From positions 856-64,855 of the forward strand of contig JAWCQZ010000009.1 in NCBI GenBank assembly GCA_038869515.1: 64,000 nucleotides of DNA, given 5' to 3'. How positions within the stretch are numbered: position 1 is the first letter of the stretch; each line of letters opens with the position of its first letter. Of the stretch, positions 48,822-57,406 are shown piece after piece. The notes under the pieces were generated by a model. The model ran no database searches. It saw nothing but the letters and a program-made list of their open reading frames with translations, and was not told the DNA's origin. The stretch comes from Halobacteria archaeon (GTDB lineage: Archaea > Halobacteriota > Syntropharchaeia > JACQPP01). The position numbers and the translations under genes are program-made.

Positions 48822-49447
48822 TGTACGACCGCAAAACCCTGCTCCGGTTCTGGTACCTTCTCGTCGGAATCCTGCTCGCCGCGGTCGCCTTCAAGATGGT
48901 CTTCGTCGGGACTTTTCTCGAAGCCGCCTTCTGGGCGCCAATCACCGAAGAGTCGCTCAAATTCGGCTACGTGGTCCTCTCCATGGCCGCCGTCCGAAAG
49001 CTCGGCGGACTGGATGGAGACTGGAGAAAAACGGCCGGAGCGGCGTTCGGGATGGCGCTTTTCATCGGGCTCGTGTTCGGTCTTGGGGAGCACTACACCA
49101 CGTATCCGAACGAGCACTGGTTCCACCTCCTGCTTCGCCTCGCCGCCCACCCCACCTACACGGCCTCGGCGGTGGCCGTCGGGCTGTTTGCCTACCGCCG
49201 GGGATGGACCGGCAACTTCGTCTGGGGGATTGCCGCGGGGGCCGCCATCCACGGCTTTTTCAACAGTTCCGACCACGTCGGCTTCACGGGAGTGAACCAA
49301 GCCCTCGTTCCGCTGGTGGTCTGGTCGCCCCTCCTCCTCGCAATGGGCCGGGTCTCCCGCTGGCCGGAGGGACCGCCAAGGTTCATCGCTCTGCTTGAGT
49401 TGCCACGGATCAGGAAGCGGCGGCCGTCGCCGGGGTCGGCGCAATGA
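48821..49447 (+). CDS. PrsW-family intramembrane protease
   Basis: AP.TEESLK, G..FG..E, H, HG.FN motifs. Confidence 0.8.
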   Translation: MYDRKTLLRFWYLLVGILLAAVAFKMVFVGTFLEAAFWAPITEESLKFGYVVLSMAAVRKLGGLDGDWRKTAGAAFGMALFIGLVFGLGEHYTTYPNEHWFHLLLRLAAHPTYTASAVAVGLFAYRRGWTGNFVWGIAAGAAIHGFFNSSDHVGFTGVNQALVPLVVWSPLLLAMGRVSRWPEGPPRFIALLELPRIRKRRPSPGSAQ

Positions 49448-49663
49448 AGGAGGTCCGGTGCGACGAGGAGGGGAACCCGGTCGAAATCGTCGAGGTCTCC
49501 GAGGGGCAGGAGGTCCAACTCCACGGGGGCGGGCCGGTCCACGTCTACATTCACCTGGAGGAGGGGGGTTGAGAGACCTCAATCCCAGAAATCGGGTTCG
49601 GGGGGCCTCTGGTGGCTCGCGGCCGGGTTCGTCCTGGCCTGGATGGTGGTGAAATGGTTTTGA
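49444..49663 (+). pseudogene. Small tail-anchored protein split by a frameshift in a G6 run
   Basis: 42-aa ORF stops at 49572; removing one G at 49563-49568 extends it to ..GLWWLAAGFVLAWMVVKWF stop 49663. Confidence 0.45.
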
Positions 49664-49692
49664 GCCCGGGGAGAACATCGGGAGCGCCCCCA

Positions 49693-50166
49693 ATGCGCGT
49701 CCTGGTCCTCTGCTACGGCAACTCCTGCCGCTCCCCCATGGCGGAGGCGCTGATGCGCGACTTGGCTGAAAAGCAGGGAGTCCCCATCCAGGTCTCCTCG
49801 GCGGGCATCACCAACGGCCTCGGCCGGGCCCACGAATATTCCATCCAAGCCATGCAGGACTACGGCCTCGACATCCACCGCCACCGGGCCCGGGAGGTCA
49901 CGGGCGGGATGGTCCGGGCCGCCGACCTGATCCTGACCCTTGACCGGACCGTCCAGGAGGAGCTGCTCCAGAGGTTCCCGGAGGCCGAGGGCAAGTCCCA
50001 CCTGATGAAGGCCTTCGCCTATGGGAACGGGGCCGAACCGGACATCCGGGACCCCTACCCGAGCCACGATCTGGAGGTCTACCGGAAGTGCGCCGTGGAG
50101 ATACGGGAAGCCACGGAGGGCGTCCTGAATCGTCTTCAGAACGGCCATGGGAGGAGGGATGCCTAA
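49693..50166 (+). CDS. Low-molecular-weight protein tyrosine/arginine phosphatase
   Basis: VLCYGNSCRSPMAE, SAG, DI.DPY. Confidence 0.9.
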   Translation: MRVLVLCYGNSCRSPMAEALMRDLAEKQGVPIQVSSAGITNGLGRAHEYSIQAMQDYGLDIHRHRAREVTGGMVRAADLILTLDRTVQEELLQRFPEAEGKSHLMKAFAYGNGAEPDIRDPYPSHDLEVYRKCAVEIREATEGVLNRLQNGHGRRDA

Positions 50167-51598
50167 GACCACCATCACCCTCTACGGCGGCGTCAACGAG
50201 ATCGGCGGCAACAAGGTCGCCATCCGGGACCGGGACACCCAGATCATGCTCGACTTCGGGGCGACGTTCAACCCGGTCAACTACGACAAGTACTTCGTCG
50301 AGTGGCTGGAGCCCCGGGACCGGTTCGGGCTGAAGGACTACTTCTTCTTCGACATGGTGCCCCGCATCCCGGGGCTCTACTCCCAGGAGGCCCTGGAGCG
50401 GACCGACATGAAATACACCAAGCCCCAGTTCCAGGGCGTCTTCCTCTCCCACGTCCACTTCGACCACGCCTCCCAAATCAGCTGGGTGGACCCGAAGATT
50501 CCGGTCCACGTCGGCAAGGGGACGAAACTGATTCTGGACAGCATCGAGGCGGTCGGGGGGAGCCTCGCGAGCTACGGGGAGCACGACTACACGACCTTCC
50601 GGACCGGTTCCAAGGTCAAAATCGACGACTTGGAGGTCGTGCCCATCCACGTGGACCACTCGGTGCCGGCGGCCTACGGCTACATCGTCCACACCTCCGA
50701 GGGGCCGGTGGCCTACACGGGGGATGTGAGGCTCCACGGGCCCCACGCCCAGATGACGCGGGATTTCATCGAGGCCGCGGCCGGGGAGACCCCCATCGCC
50801 ATGGTCTGCGAGGGGACCCGGGTCGCCCCCCAGGACACGCGGCAGAACATGACCGAAGCCCAGGTGAAGGCAGGGGCGAAGGCCGCCGTCGCGAAGTGCA
50901 AGAAGCGGGTCATCACGACGTTCTACCCCCGGGACGTGGACCGGATGCGAACCTTCTATCAGGTGGCGAAGGAGACCGGGCGGAGTTTCGTGGTCTCGGC
51001 GAAGACCGCCCACCTGCTGAAGACGCTGGCGGCCGATTCGCGGATTGACGTGCCCGACGTTCTGGGCGACCCGGAGGTCATGGTCTACTTCAGGGAGATG
51101 GCCCGGCCCTACAAGTGGGAGACGGAACTGGCGGGCCAGGTGAACGCCGTGGGCTCCGACTACATCCGGAAGAACCAGTCGAAGGTCGTTCTTCAACTGG
51201 GGTTCTACCAGTTCACCGAACTCATCGACATCCTCCCCGAGCCCGGGTCCCTCTTCATCCACTCCATGTCCGAGCCCTTTGAGGATGGCGATGTCGAGGA
51301 AGAGGTGAAGATGAACTGGATCAAGAGGTTCGGGCTGAACTGCATGCAACTGCACGCCAGCGGGCACGCGGCGATGGGGGAGATTTTCGAGATGGTGGAT
51401 CGAATTTGCCCCAAGACCCTCGTCCCCATTCACACGGAACACCCCACACTGTTCAAAAAGACGGGCAAGCAGGTAGAACTCCCCGATCTCGGAAGACCGG
51501 TTGGGATTCATAGATGCCCCGGTTCCGCATCTGGACCCTCGCATGGTGCCGGAGGACGACGCGGCCACGGGACGCCGCCGCGCGGACGCGCCGGGTGA
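50159..51598 (+). CDS. Metallo-beta-lactamase / RNase J-like hydrolase with aberrant C-terminal tail
   Basis: GGVNEIGGN, SHVHFDH, VDHS, YTGD.RLHG, EGTR, HASGH, PIHTE. Confidence 0.88.
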   Translation: MPKTTITLYGGVNEIGGNKVAIRDRDTQIMLDFGATFNPVNYDKYFVEWLEPRDRFGLKDYFFFDMVPRIPGLYSQEALERTDMKYTKPQFQGVFLSHVHFDHASQISWVDPKIPVHVGKGTKLILDSIEAVGGSLASYGEHDYTTFRTGSKVKIDDLEVVPIHVDHSVPAAYGYIVHTSEGPVAYTGDVRLHGPHAQMTRDFIEAAAGETPIAMVCEGTRVAPQDTRQNMTEAQVKAGAKAAVAKCKKRVITTFYPRDVDRMRTFYQVAKETGRSFVVSAKTAHLLKTLAADSRIDVPDVLGDPEVMVYFREMARPYKWETELAGQVNAVGSDYIRKNQSKVVLQLGFYQFTELIDILPEPGSLFIHSMSEPFEDGDVEEEVKMNWIKRFGLNCMQLHASGHAAMGEIFEMVDRICPKTLVPIHTEHPTLFKKTGKQVELPDLGRPVGIHRCPGSASGPSHGAGGRRGHGTPPRGRAG

Positions 51599-51632
51599 GG
51601 GGCCCTCGGACCTCCTTGGATGGCGTGGGCAC
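51453..51632 (-). pseudogene. Truncated DUF4258-like (RelE-fold) toxin fragment
   Basis: VVLRHHARVQMRNRGI motif after a GTG start with AAACCTTTAAC promoter; then runs antisense into the RNase J-like gene. Confidence 0.5.
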
Positions 51633-51724
51633 GGCTGCTCTTGCCGGATTCCGGGGCAGCGTTAAAGGTTTGTCGGCTGCGGTCAGACCGCTACATTTTT
51701 CCCACCCCCGTGCCTCTGCCGCCG

Positions 51725-52489
51725 ATGGTCAAAGTCACACTCGTGGACCACATGGGCTCCCCGAAACTTGTCTTCGACTACCTGAAGTATCTCACATGGC
51801 CCGGAGACCTGGAGAAGATGCTGGGCCGCCTCCCCACTGTGGACGAGATGATGGAGCTGGTGATTGACCGGCAATACACCCCGGTCCTGGAGCACATCGC
51901 CTACACCTTCCTCCTGGAGGACATGTCCATGGTCGTCAGCCGCGAGTTCCTCGAGCACCGCCTCTCATCCCACATGGGCCGCTCCAGCCGGGGGTTCATG
52001 AAATCGTGGAAGCCGACCTACGTCACCCCGGAGCCCATCAAGAAGAACAAGGAGGCGGCGAAGGCCTTCCAGGACATCGTCGAAACCGCCGTGGAGGGCT
52101 ACGGGAGGCTGAAGAAACTGGGGATAAAGCAGGACGACGCCCGCTTCGCGCTCCCCCTCGCCTCCCACTGCGCCTACCTCTGGACCGTCAACGCCAACTC
52201 CCTCATGAACTACTTCGGCCTCCGCCTCTGCCCCCGGGCCTACCGGGAGATCCAGCAGATGGCCCAGCAGATGTACAACGAGGTCCACAAGTTGCACCCC
52301 GAACTCTGGAAGCACGTGGGGTGCCGCGGAGTCCAGCACCGCCTCTGCCCCGAGAACGAGGCGCGCGACCTGTCGGCCCCCAACTGCCCTTTCCGGGAGA
52401 GGGGGAGCGCGAACTACATCCCGACGAAGGACGCGGTGGGGGAGCCCATCCCGCCGCGGCGGCAGTGGGTGGCGGTGAAGTGGGAATAG
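51725..52489 (+). CDS. thyX: Flavin-dependent thymidylate synthase homolog, divergent
   Basis: VLEH..YTF, EHRLSSHMGRSSR in place of RHR-x7-SxR, DARF.LP, N..SL.NYF.LRLC..A..EI. Confidence 0.75.
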   Translation: MVKVTLVDHMGSPKLVFDYLKYLTWPGDLEKMLGRLPTVDEMMELVIDRQYTPVLEHIAYTFLLEDMSMVVSREFLEHRLSSHMGRSSRGFMKSWKPTYVTPEPIKKNKEAAKAFQDIVETAVEGYGRLKKLGIKQDDARFALPLASHCAYLWTVNANSLMNYFGLRLCPRAYREIQQMAQQMYNEVHKLHPELWKHVGCRGVQHRLCPENEARDLSAPNCPFRERGSANYIPTKDAVGEPIPPRRQWVAVKWE

Positions 52490-52591
52490 CGGCAGTACCC
52501 CATCCGGAAAGGTAGTTCGGGGTCCCTCGCCGGGCCGCGGGCGTTCGAATCATGAAAGTGGAGGCGACGAGTTCGCCGATTCCTGAGCGCC

Positions 52592-53953
52592 TCAACTGAT
52601 TTCCGCCCCGCCCCTTCCCCGCACCATCCGCTCGACCCTCTCCCGCGCCTTGCGGAAGTCATCCTCCGTGAGAACGGGTCTCTTCCCGCCACCCTTTCCG
52701 GCCCGCCCCAGCGCCTCCAGCACCGCCGTGTGGACCAGTTCGGCGATGTGGGCCCCCGTGTAGGGAACCTCCTCGATGGAGCGGGCGAGGTCGGCCGGGG
52801 CGATTCCCGGGGCCAGTTTGTAGCCCCGGAGGTGGATGTCGAACACCCGGGTCCGCCACTCCGTCCCGAAGTCGCTCCGGTTGCGAGGGTCGAAGACCAG
52901 CCTCCGGTCGACCCGCCCCGGGCGGTCGAGGAGGGCCAACTCCACCATGTCGGGGGTGTTGGTGGTGGCGAGGAGGAAGACATGGCCCCGGTGCTGGGGG
53001 CTGTCGAGGTAGAGGAGGAGTTCCGAGAGAGGGGTGTTCACGAGGTTGTAGCGCGCTTTGCTCGGCGCGAGGTTCTCGATGTCCTCGACGTAGAGCACCG
53101 CCGGCTCCAGGGCCCGGGCGACGTCGAAGATGTAGCCCCAGCCGAGACGCTCCGCGTCGGAGGGGAGGACCTTGAGGAAAGTCGCCCTGCCACGCACCTT
53201 CCGGGCGATGATGGCCGCGAGGAGGCTCTTGCCCATCCCCCGCTCCCCCTCCAGCAGGAGCCCCCGGGGGCGCCCGAGGCCGGCGGCGTCGAGCCGCGGG
53301 CCGTGGAGGAGGGGCCAGAAGAGGTTCTCCTCGACCTCCCGGGCGAAGTGGGCGGGGACCGCGACGTCCCCCCAGTCCACGTCGGGGACCTCCTCCGGGT
53401 CGCCGTAGATGTTGATGGCCCGGCCCCGGAGCGGGTTCCGCTCGTAGACCTCGCGGTCCACGAGCTCGAAGAGGGCGGACGCCCGGGAGCGGTCGCCCCG
53501 CCGGGTGTAGACCGAGACCCGGGTGTAGATGGAGTCCTCGCCCTCCTCCGGGGGGCGGCCCGGACCGGAGGGGCGCAGGGGCGCGCTCTCCACCACAGCG
53601 CGGACCCGGCGGCGCGGGAGGTGGAACTCGCCCCCGAAGATGACGTTGCCGAAGACCTCCTTGGAGCCGTGGAGGTAGGTGGGGGGCGAGTCCCCGGCGG
53701 AGGCCCGGGAGACGCGGCGGTCCACCCGGCGCGAGAGGTCGCGGAGGGCCCTGGCGATGGCGGCGTCGAAGCAGATTGGATACTCCTTGTAGGTCCGGGC
53801 GGAGGCGGCGAGCGTCCGGACGCCGAGGGTGGTCCGGATGAGGCTGTTGCGGGACTCCTCCTCGGGCGACTCGGCGTCGCGCTCTCCCCTCCGCTCCGGG
53901 GGCCGCTCCCGGCCTTCGGGGCCGGTGAAAGAGGGGGCCGCTTGCCGCTTCAT
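52592..53953 (-). CDS. AAA+ ATPase
   Basis: RGLLLEGERGMGKS, VEDIE, ATTN, DRPGR.DR, TGA.I.EL. Confidence 0.85.
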   Translation of the reverse strand: MKRQAAPSFTGPEGRERPPERRGERDAESPEEESRNSLIRTTLGVRTLAASARTYKEYPICFDAAIARALRDLSRRVDRRVSRASAGDSPPTYLHGSKEVFGNVIFGGEFHLPRRRVRAVVESAPLRPSGPGRPPEEGEDSIYTRVSVYTRRGDRSRASALFELVDREVYERNPLRGRAINIYGDPEEVPDVDWGDVAVPAHFAREVEENLFWPLLHGPRLDAAGLGRPRGLLLEGERGMGKSLLAAIIARKVRGRATFLKVLPSDAERLGWGYIFDVARALEPAVLYVEDIENLAPSKARYNLVNTPLSELLLYLDSPQHRGHVFLLATTNTPDMVELALLDRPGRVDRRLVFDPRNRSDFGTEWRTRVFDIHLRGYKLAPGIAPADLARSIEEVPYTGAHIAELVHTAVLEALGRAGKGGGKRPVLTEDDFRKARERVERMVRGRGGAEIS

Positions 53954-54099
53954 CTCGATAGATTCAACGGGAGCCGGGGCTTATAACATTCCCTGTCGGA
54001 TGTCAGGACTTGTGAATGGGGCACCTTCTCCCAGATTTGCAGAAACGGCATTTTTCGGGAGGCGGAGCGGAGGGCAGCGAGCGGACCATGTGGCCGTAT

Positions 54100-54822
54100 T
54101 TACGGCGCGGCACGGGACCGCCCCTCCCGCCTCAATCTCCACCAGAGGGCGACGACGCTCCTGGCCAGTCCGAGGATGTCCCGCCCCAGCCGGACCTTGG
54201 TCCGCCTTTGCTCCCGCCACCGGACGGGAATCTCGACCACCTTCATCCCCGCCCTCTGCGCGAGGACGAGGGTCTCGGTGTCCCAGAACCAGCCGTCCGA
54301 GCGGACGCGCCCGAGGAGCGGGAGGAGGCTCTCGCGGCGGAACGCCTTGAAGCCGCACTGGTGGTCGCGGACCCCCGAGCCGAGCCACAGCCGGACCCAG
54401 CCGTTGTAGGCGCCCGAGAGGAAGCTCCGCTTTGGCGAGCGCTCGGCCGCGGAGCCGGGGACCCTCCGGGAGCCGGTGGCGGCGTCGGCCCCGTCGCGGA
54501 CCGCCCCGACCAGAGCCGGCAGGTGGGCGACGTCCGTGGCGAGGTCCACATCCATGTAGGCCAAAATCCCGCCCCGGCTCTCCGCGAAGGCCCGGCGCAG
54601 AGCCCCGCCCCGGCCCAGCCGCCGGTCGCTGTGGAGGTGGCGCACATCGGGGAACCTCTCCGCGAGGTCGGCGGCCGCGCGGTCGGTCCCGTCGGTGGAG
54701 CCGTCCTCCGCAAGGATGATCTCGAAGGAGCCGAGGGGCGCGAGGGCGGAGCGGGCCGCCTCCACCGCGCGCGGGAGGCCGGCAGCCTCGTTGTAGGCGG
54801 GGATGACGAGGGAGATGTCCAC
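54100..54822 (-). CDS. GT2 glycosyltransferase (dolichol-phosphate hexose synthase-like)
   Basis: VIPAYNE, EDGSTDGT, G.GGA, MDVD, D.QCGFKAF, WF.DTE. Confidence 0.9.
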   Translation of the reverse strand: MDISLVIPAYNEAAGLPRAVEAARSALAPLGSFEIILAEDGSTDGTDRAAADLAERFPDVRHLHSDRRLGRGGALRRAFAESRGGILAYMDVDLATDVAHLPALVGAVRDGADAATGSRRVPGSAAERSPKRSFLSGAYNGWVRLWLGSGVRDHQCGFKAFRRESLLPLLGRVRSDGWFWDTETLVLAQRAGMKVVEIPVRWREQRRTKVRLGRDILGLARSVVALWWRLRREGRSRAAP

Positions 54823-54908
54823 GGGAGCCACAGCGGGGATGCTCGGGAAGCGATTTTCAACCTTTCCCGCAGGACAAGTGATAAGGGGGGCCGCCGCCAA
54901 CGGTCCCC

Positions 54909-55706
54909 GTGGCGCAGGAATCGGAGTGGGCGGAGGTGGAGAGCTACGACCTCCCCGGATCCAGGGTCTCGGTCGTCATCCGCCGCTCCCCCGACGGCGT
55001 CGCGGGGCTCTACGAGATGCTCGGTGGAGGGTTCCTCCCGAACCAGGTGGTCGCCGTCGTGGGCCCCCCGGGGGGCGGGAAGACCATCGCCATGCTCCAG
55101 TTCCTCCACGCCAACGCGAGTCTCGGCCGGAAGTGTTTGCTGGTCAGCGCCGCGGACGAGGAGGAGTCCATCGTCACCTACAGCCAGACCTTCGGCCTGG
55201 ACTTCCAGCCCTTCCTCCAGAGCGGCCAGATGCGCATCGTCACCGTGCGGATGATGGACGCGGGCTCGGGCCTCCCCACGAACATCCTGGAGCGGCTCCC
55301 GGGACTCATCTCCCAGTCAGGGGCGGAGGTCATCGGGATCGACTCCATCACCGAGTTCCAGGACATGTGCGACAGCGACATGGAGCGGAAGGGGCGGACC
55401 ATCGACCTCCGGTGGCAAATCAAGGCCACGGGGGCGACCGCCCTCATCATCGCCGAGGCGGGGGGGCCGCCGGGCATCTCGAAATACGGCATCATCGAGT
55501 ACGTCGCGGACGGGGTCGTCCTCCAGAGCCGCCTCACCAGCGAGGACGGCAGCGAGACCCTCCATGTCGTCCAGGTCCTCAAAATGCGGTGGCTCAACCA
55601 CCCGAAGGAGATCCGCGCCTACCGGGTCACAGCGCGGGGGCTCGAAGTCCTCTCGCCGCTCTACACGGCACTCGCGTCGAGCGGGAAGAAGAGGAAGGAC
55701 TCCTAG
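54909..55706 (+). CDS. KaiC/RAD55-family ATPase
   Basis: GL.EMLGGGF, GPPGGGKT, IDSIT, EYVADGV, KMR. Confidence 0.88.
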   Translation: MAQESEWAEVESYDLPGSRVSVVIRRSPDGVAGLYEMLGGGFLPNQVVAVVGPPGGGKTIAMLQFLHANASLGRKCLLVSAADEEESIVTYSQTFGLDFQPFLQSGQMRIVTVRMMDAGSGLPTNILERLPGLISQSGAEVIGIDSITEFQDMCDSDMERKGRTIDLRWQIKATGATALIIAEAGGPPGISKYGIIEYVADGVVLQSRLTSEDGSETLHVVQVLKMRWLNHPKEIRAYRVTARGLEVLSPLYTALASSGKKRKDS

Positions 55707-57403
55707 AAGTCCCACGACGCGGGCTGCCCGTGGTTTTTGCCCCACCATAGGGGGAAACCGAACCGAATCCAGCGCAGCGCTTCCTTGTAGGCGGAATCGG
55801 TCGGAGTGCCCGAAATCACCGGATAGAACAGGGCGAAAAGGAGGGCCGCCGCCCCGATGAGGCCCGCCGCCAGCCAGAGCCCCCGCTTCGGGTCCCTCGC
55901 CCACTCCCGCTCCACCCCCCACGCGCATCCGAGGGCGAGGATGGCGACGTTCGGGAAGTAGTGGTAGATGAAGAGCACCCGGCCGATGGGGGCGAAGGCG
56001 GCCCACTGGATTGCCCAGACTGCGACGATGAAGAGCGCGGCGCGCTCCTGGCGGACCCGGGGCAGGGCGAGGAGCACGAAGAGCAGCCCGGCCCACCAGA
56101 CGGCCGGGTTCCCCATCGAGACGATGGTCGAGACCTGGCTCCCGAAGGTCTCCCCGTGCATCCAGAGGGGGTGGAGCAGGAGGGGCCACGACCACCAGGG
56201 CGAGCCGTAGGGGTGGGGGGCCTCCAGGGTGGCGTGGTAGGCGAAGATGGAGCGGGGGCCGCAGCACTGCTCCGAGAGGACCTCGCCGAGACCGAGGCCC
56301 GAGGCGTAGTAGGGCGCGTAGGCGGAGAGGTAAATCGCGCCGGCGACGGCGACGCCCGCGGCGAATGGGCGGAGGGAGGCGCGGAAGAGGTCCCGCTCCC
56401 GCCAGACCCGCGCCAGGGCGAGGAGGAGGAGCGCGGCCAGGGAGTTGACGGCGACGACCTTCACGGAGAGCGCGAGGCCGAAGAGGGCGAGGGCGAGGAA
56501 GAGGGGGTGCTTCCAAATCGCCGCCTCCTTTCGAACCAGTTTCTCGCGGGGCGCCATCCACCACGCCGCGAAGAACGCCCACATCCCCGTCAGGAAGAGG
56601 AAGAGGAAGATCTCCCCGGTCGCGATGCGCGCCTGGGCGAAGTGCATGAAGTCGAAAGTGACGAGCGCGGCCGAGACGATGCCCGCCCTCCGGTTCCCCA
56701 GGAGGTTGCGCCCGAGGAGGTAGGCGGCGGGGATGGCCGCGGCGCCGGCGAGGACCCCCAGGAGCCTCCACCCGAAGGGGCCGTTGCCCGCGACGAGTAT
56801 CGAGAGGGCCACCAGATCCTTGGCCAGCGGCGGGTGGGTCCACTCGAAGAAAGGCGGGGCCCGCCGGAGATACTCGTCGGCGGTCCGCATGAAGTATATC
56901 TCGTCGAAGTAGGCGCCGTGGAGGTAGGTCGGGGCCTCGGTCGCAAGCGCCGCCTCGTCCGACAGCCTGCCGGCTCCGGGAGGGCCCTCGACCCCCGCCA
57001 CCGGGACGACCTCCAGGTCCCTCACAGCCACCACCTCCGCCACCGTCGCCCGAGACTCGGTGAAGTTCAGGCGCACGTAGCGGGTGTCGCACCGGGTCGT
57101 CGCGGAGGCCCACTGCCGGTAGTAGCCCTGCGCCGACGCGACGGACGGGACGGACCAGGCCCCGGGCGCGCCGCACGACACTGCGGCCTTCAGGGGTTCG
57201 GGGTCGAGGACCGCCAGGAAGACCCGGTCCACCCGCTGGACGCTCCCGAGGTCGAGAACCGCCTCCCCATCTCCCGCCCACCCGCTCGACGGGAACCCGA
57301 CGGCCCCGAGATTCGAGAGGCCCGCGGCCAGGAAGAGCGCGGTGAGGCCCGCGACGATGAGCCAGGGGGAGCGGGGATGAGCCAGGATTTGCCGGAGGTC
57401 CAT
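55703..57403 (-). CDS. PMT-family (GT39) dolichyl-phosphate-mannose--protein mannosyltransferase-like
   Basis: YFDEIYF, HPPLAK, FGWR, HPY.SPWWSWP, GNPAVWW, R.LF.YHY.P. Confidence 0.88.
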   Translation of the reverse strand: MDLRQILAHPRSPWLIVAGLTALFLAAGLSNLGAVGFPSSGWAGDGEAVLDLGSVQRVDRVFLAVLDPEPLKAAVSCGAPGAWSVPSVASAQGYYRQWASATTRCDTRYVRLNFTESRATVAEVVAVRDLEVVPVAGVEGPPGAGRLSDEAALATEAPTYLHGAYFDEIYFMRTADEYLRRAPPFFEWTHPPLAKDLVALSILVAGNGPFGWRLLGVLAGAAAIPAAYLLGRNLLGNRRAGIVSAALVTFDFMHFAQARIATGEIFLFLFLTGMWAFFAAWWMAPREKLVRKEAAIWKHPLFLALALFGLALSVKVVAVNSLAALLLLALARVWRERDLFRASLRPFAAGVAVAGAIYLSAYAPYYASGLGLGEVLSEQCCGPRSIFAYHATLEAPHPYGSPWWSWPLLLHPLWMHGETFGSQVSTIVSMGNPAVWWAGLLFVLLALPRVRQERAALFIVAVWAIQWAAFAPIGRVLFIYHYFPNVAILALGCAWGVEREWARDPKRGLWLAAGLIGAAALLFALFYPVISGTPTDSAYKEALRWIRFGFPLWWGKNHGQPASWDF

Positions 57404-57406
57404 GGC

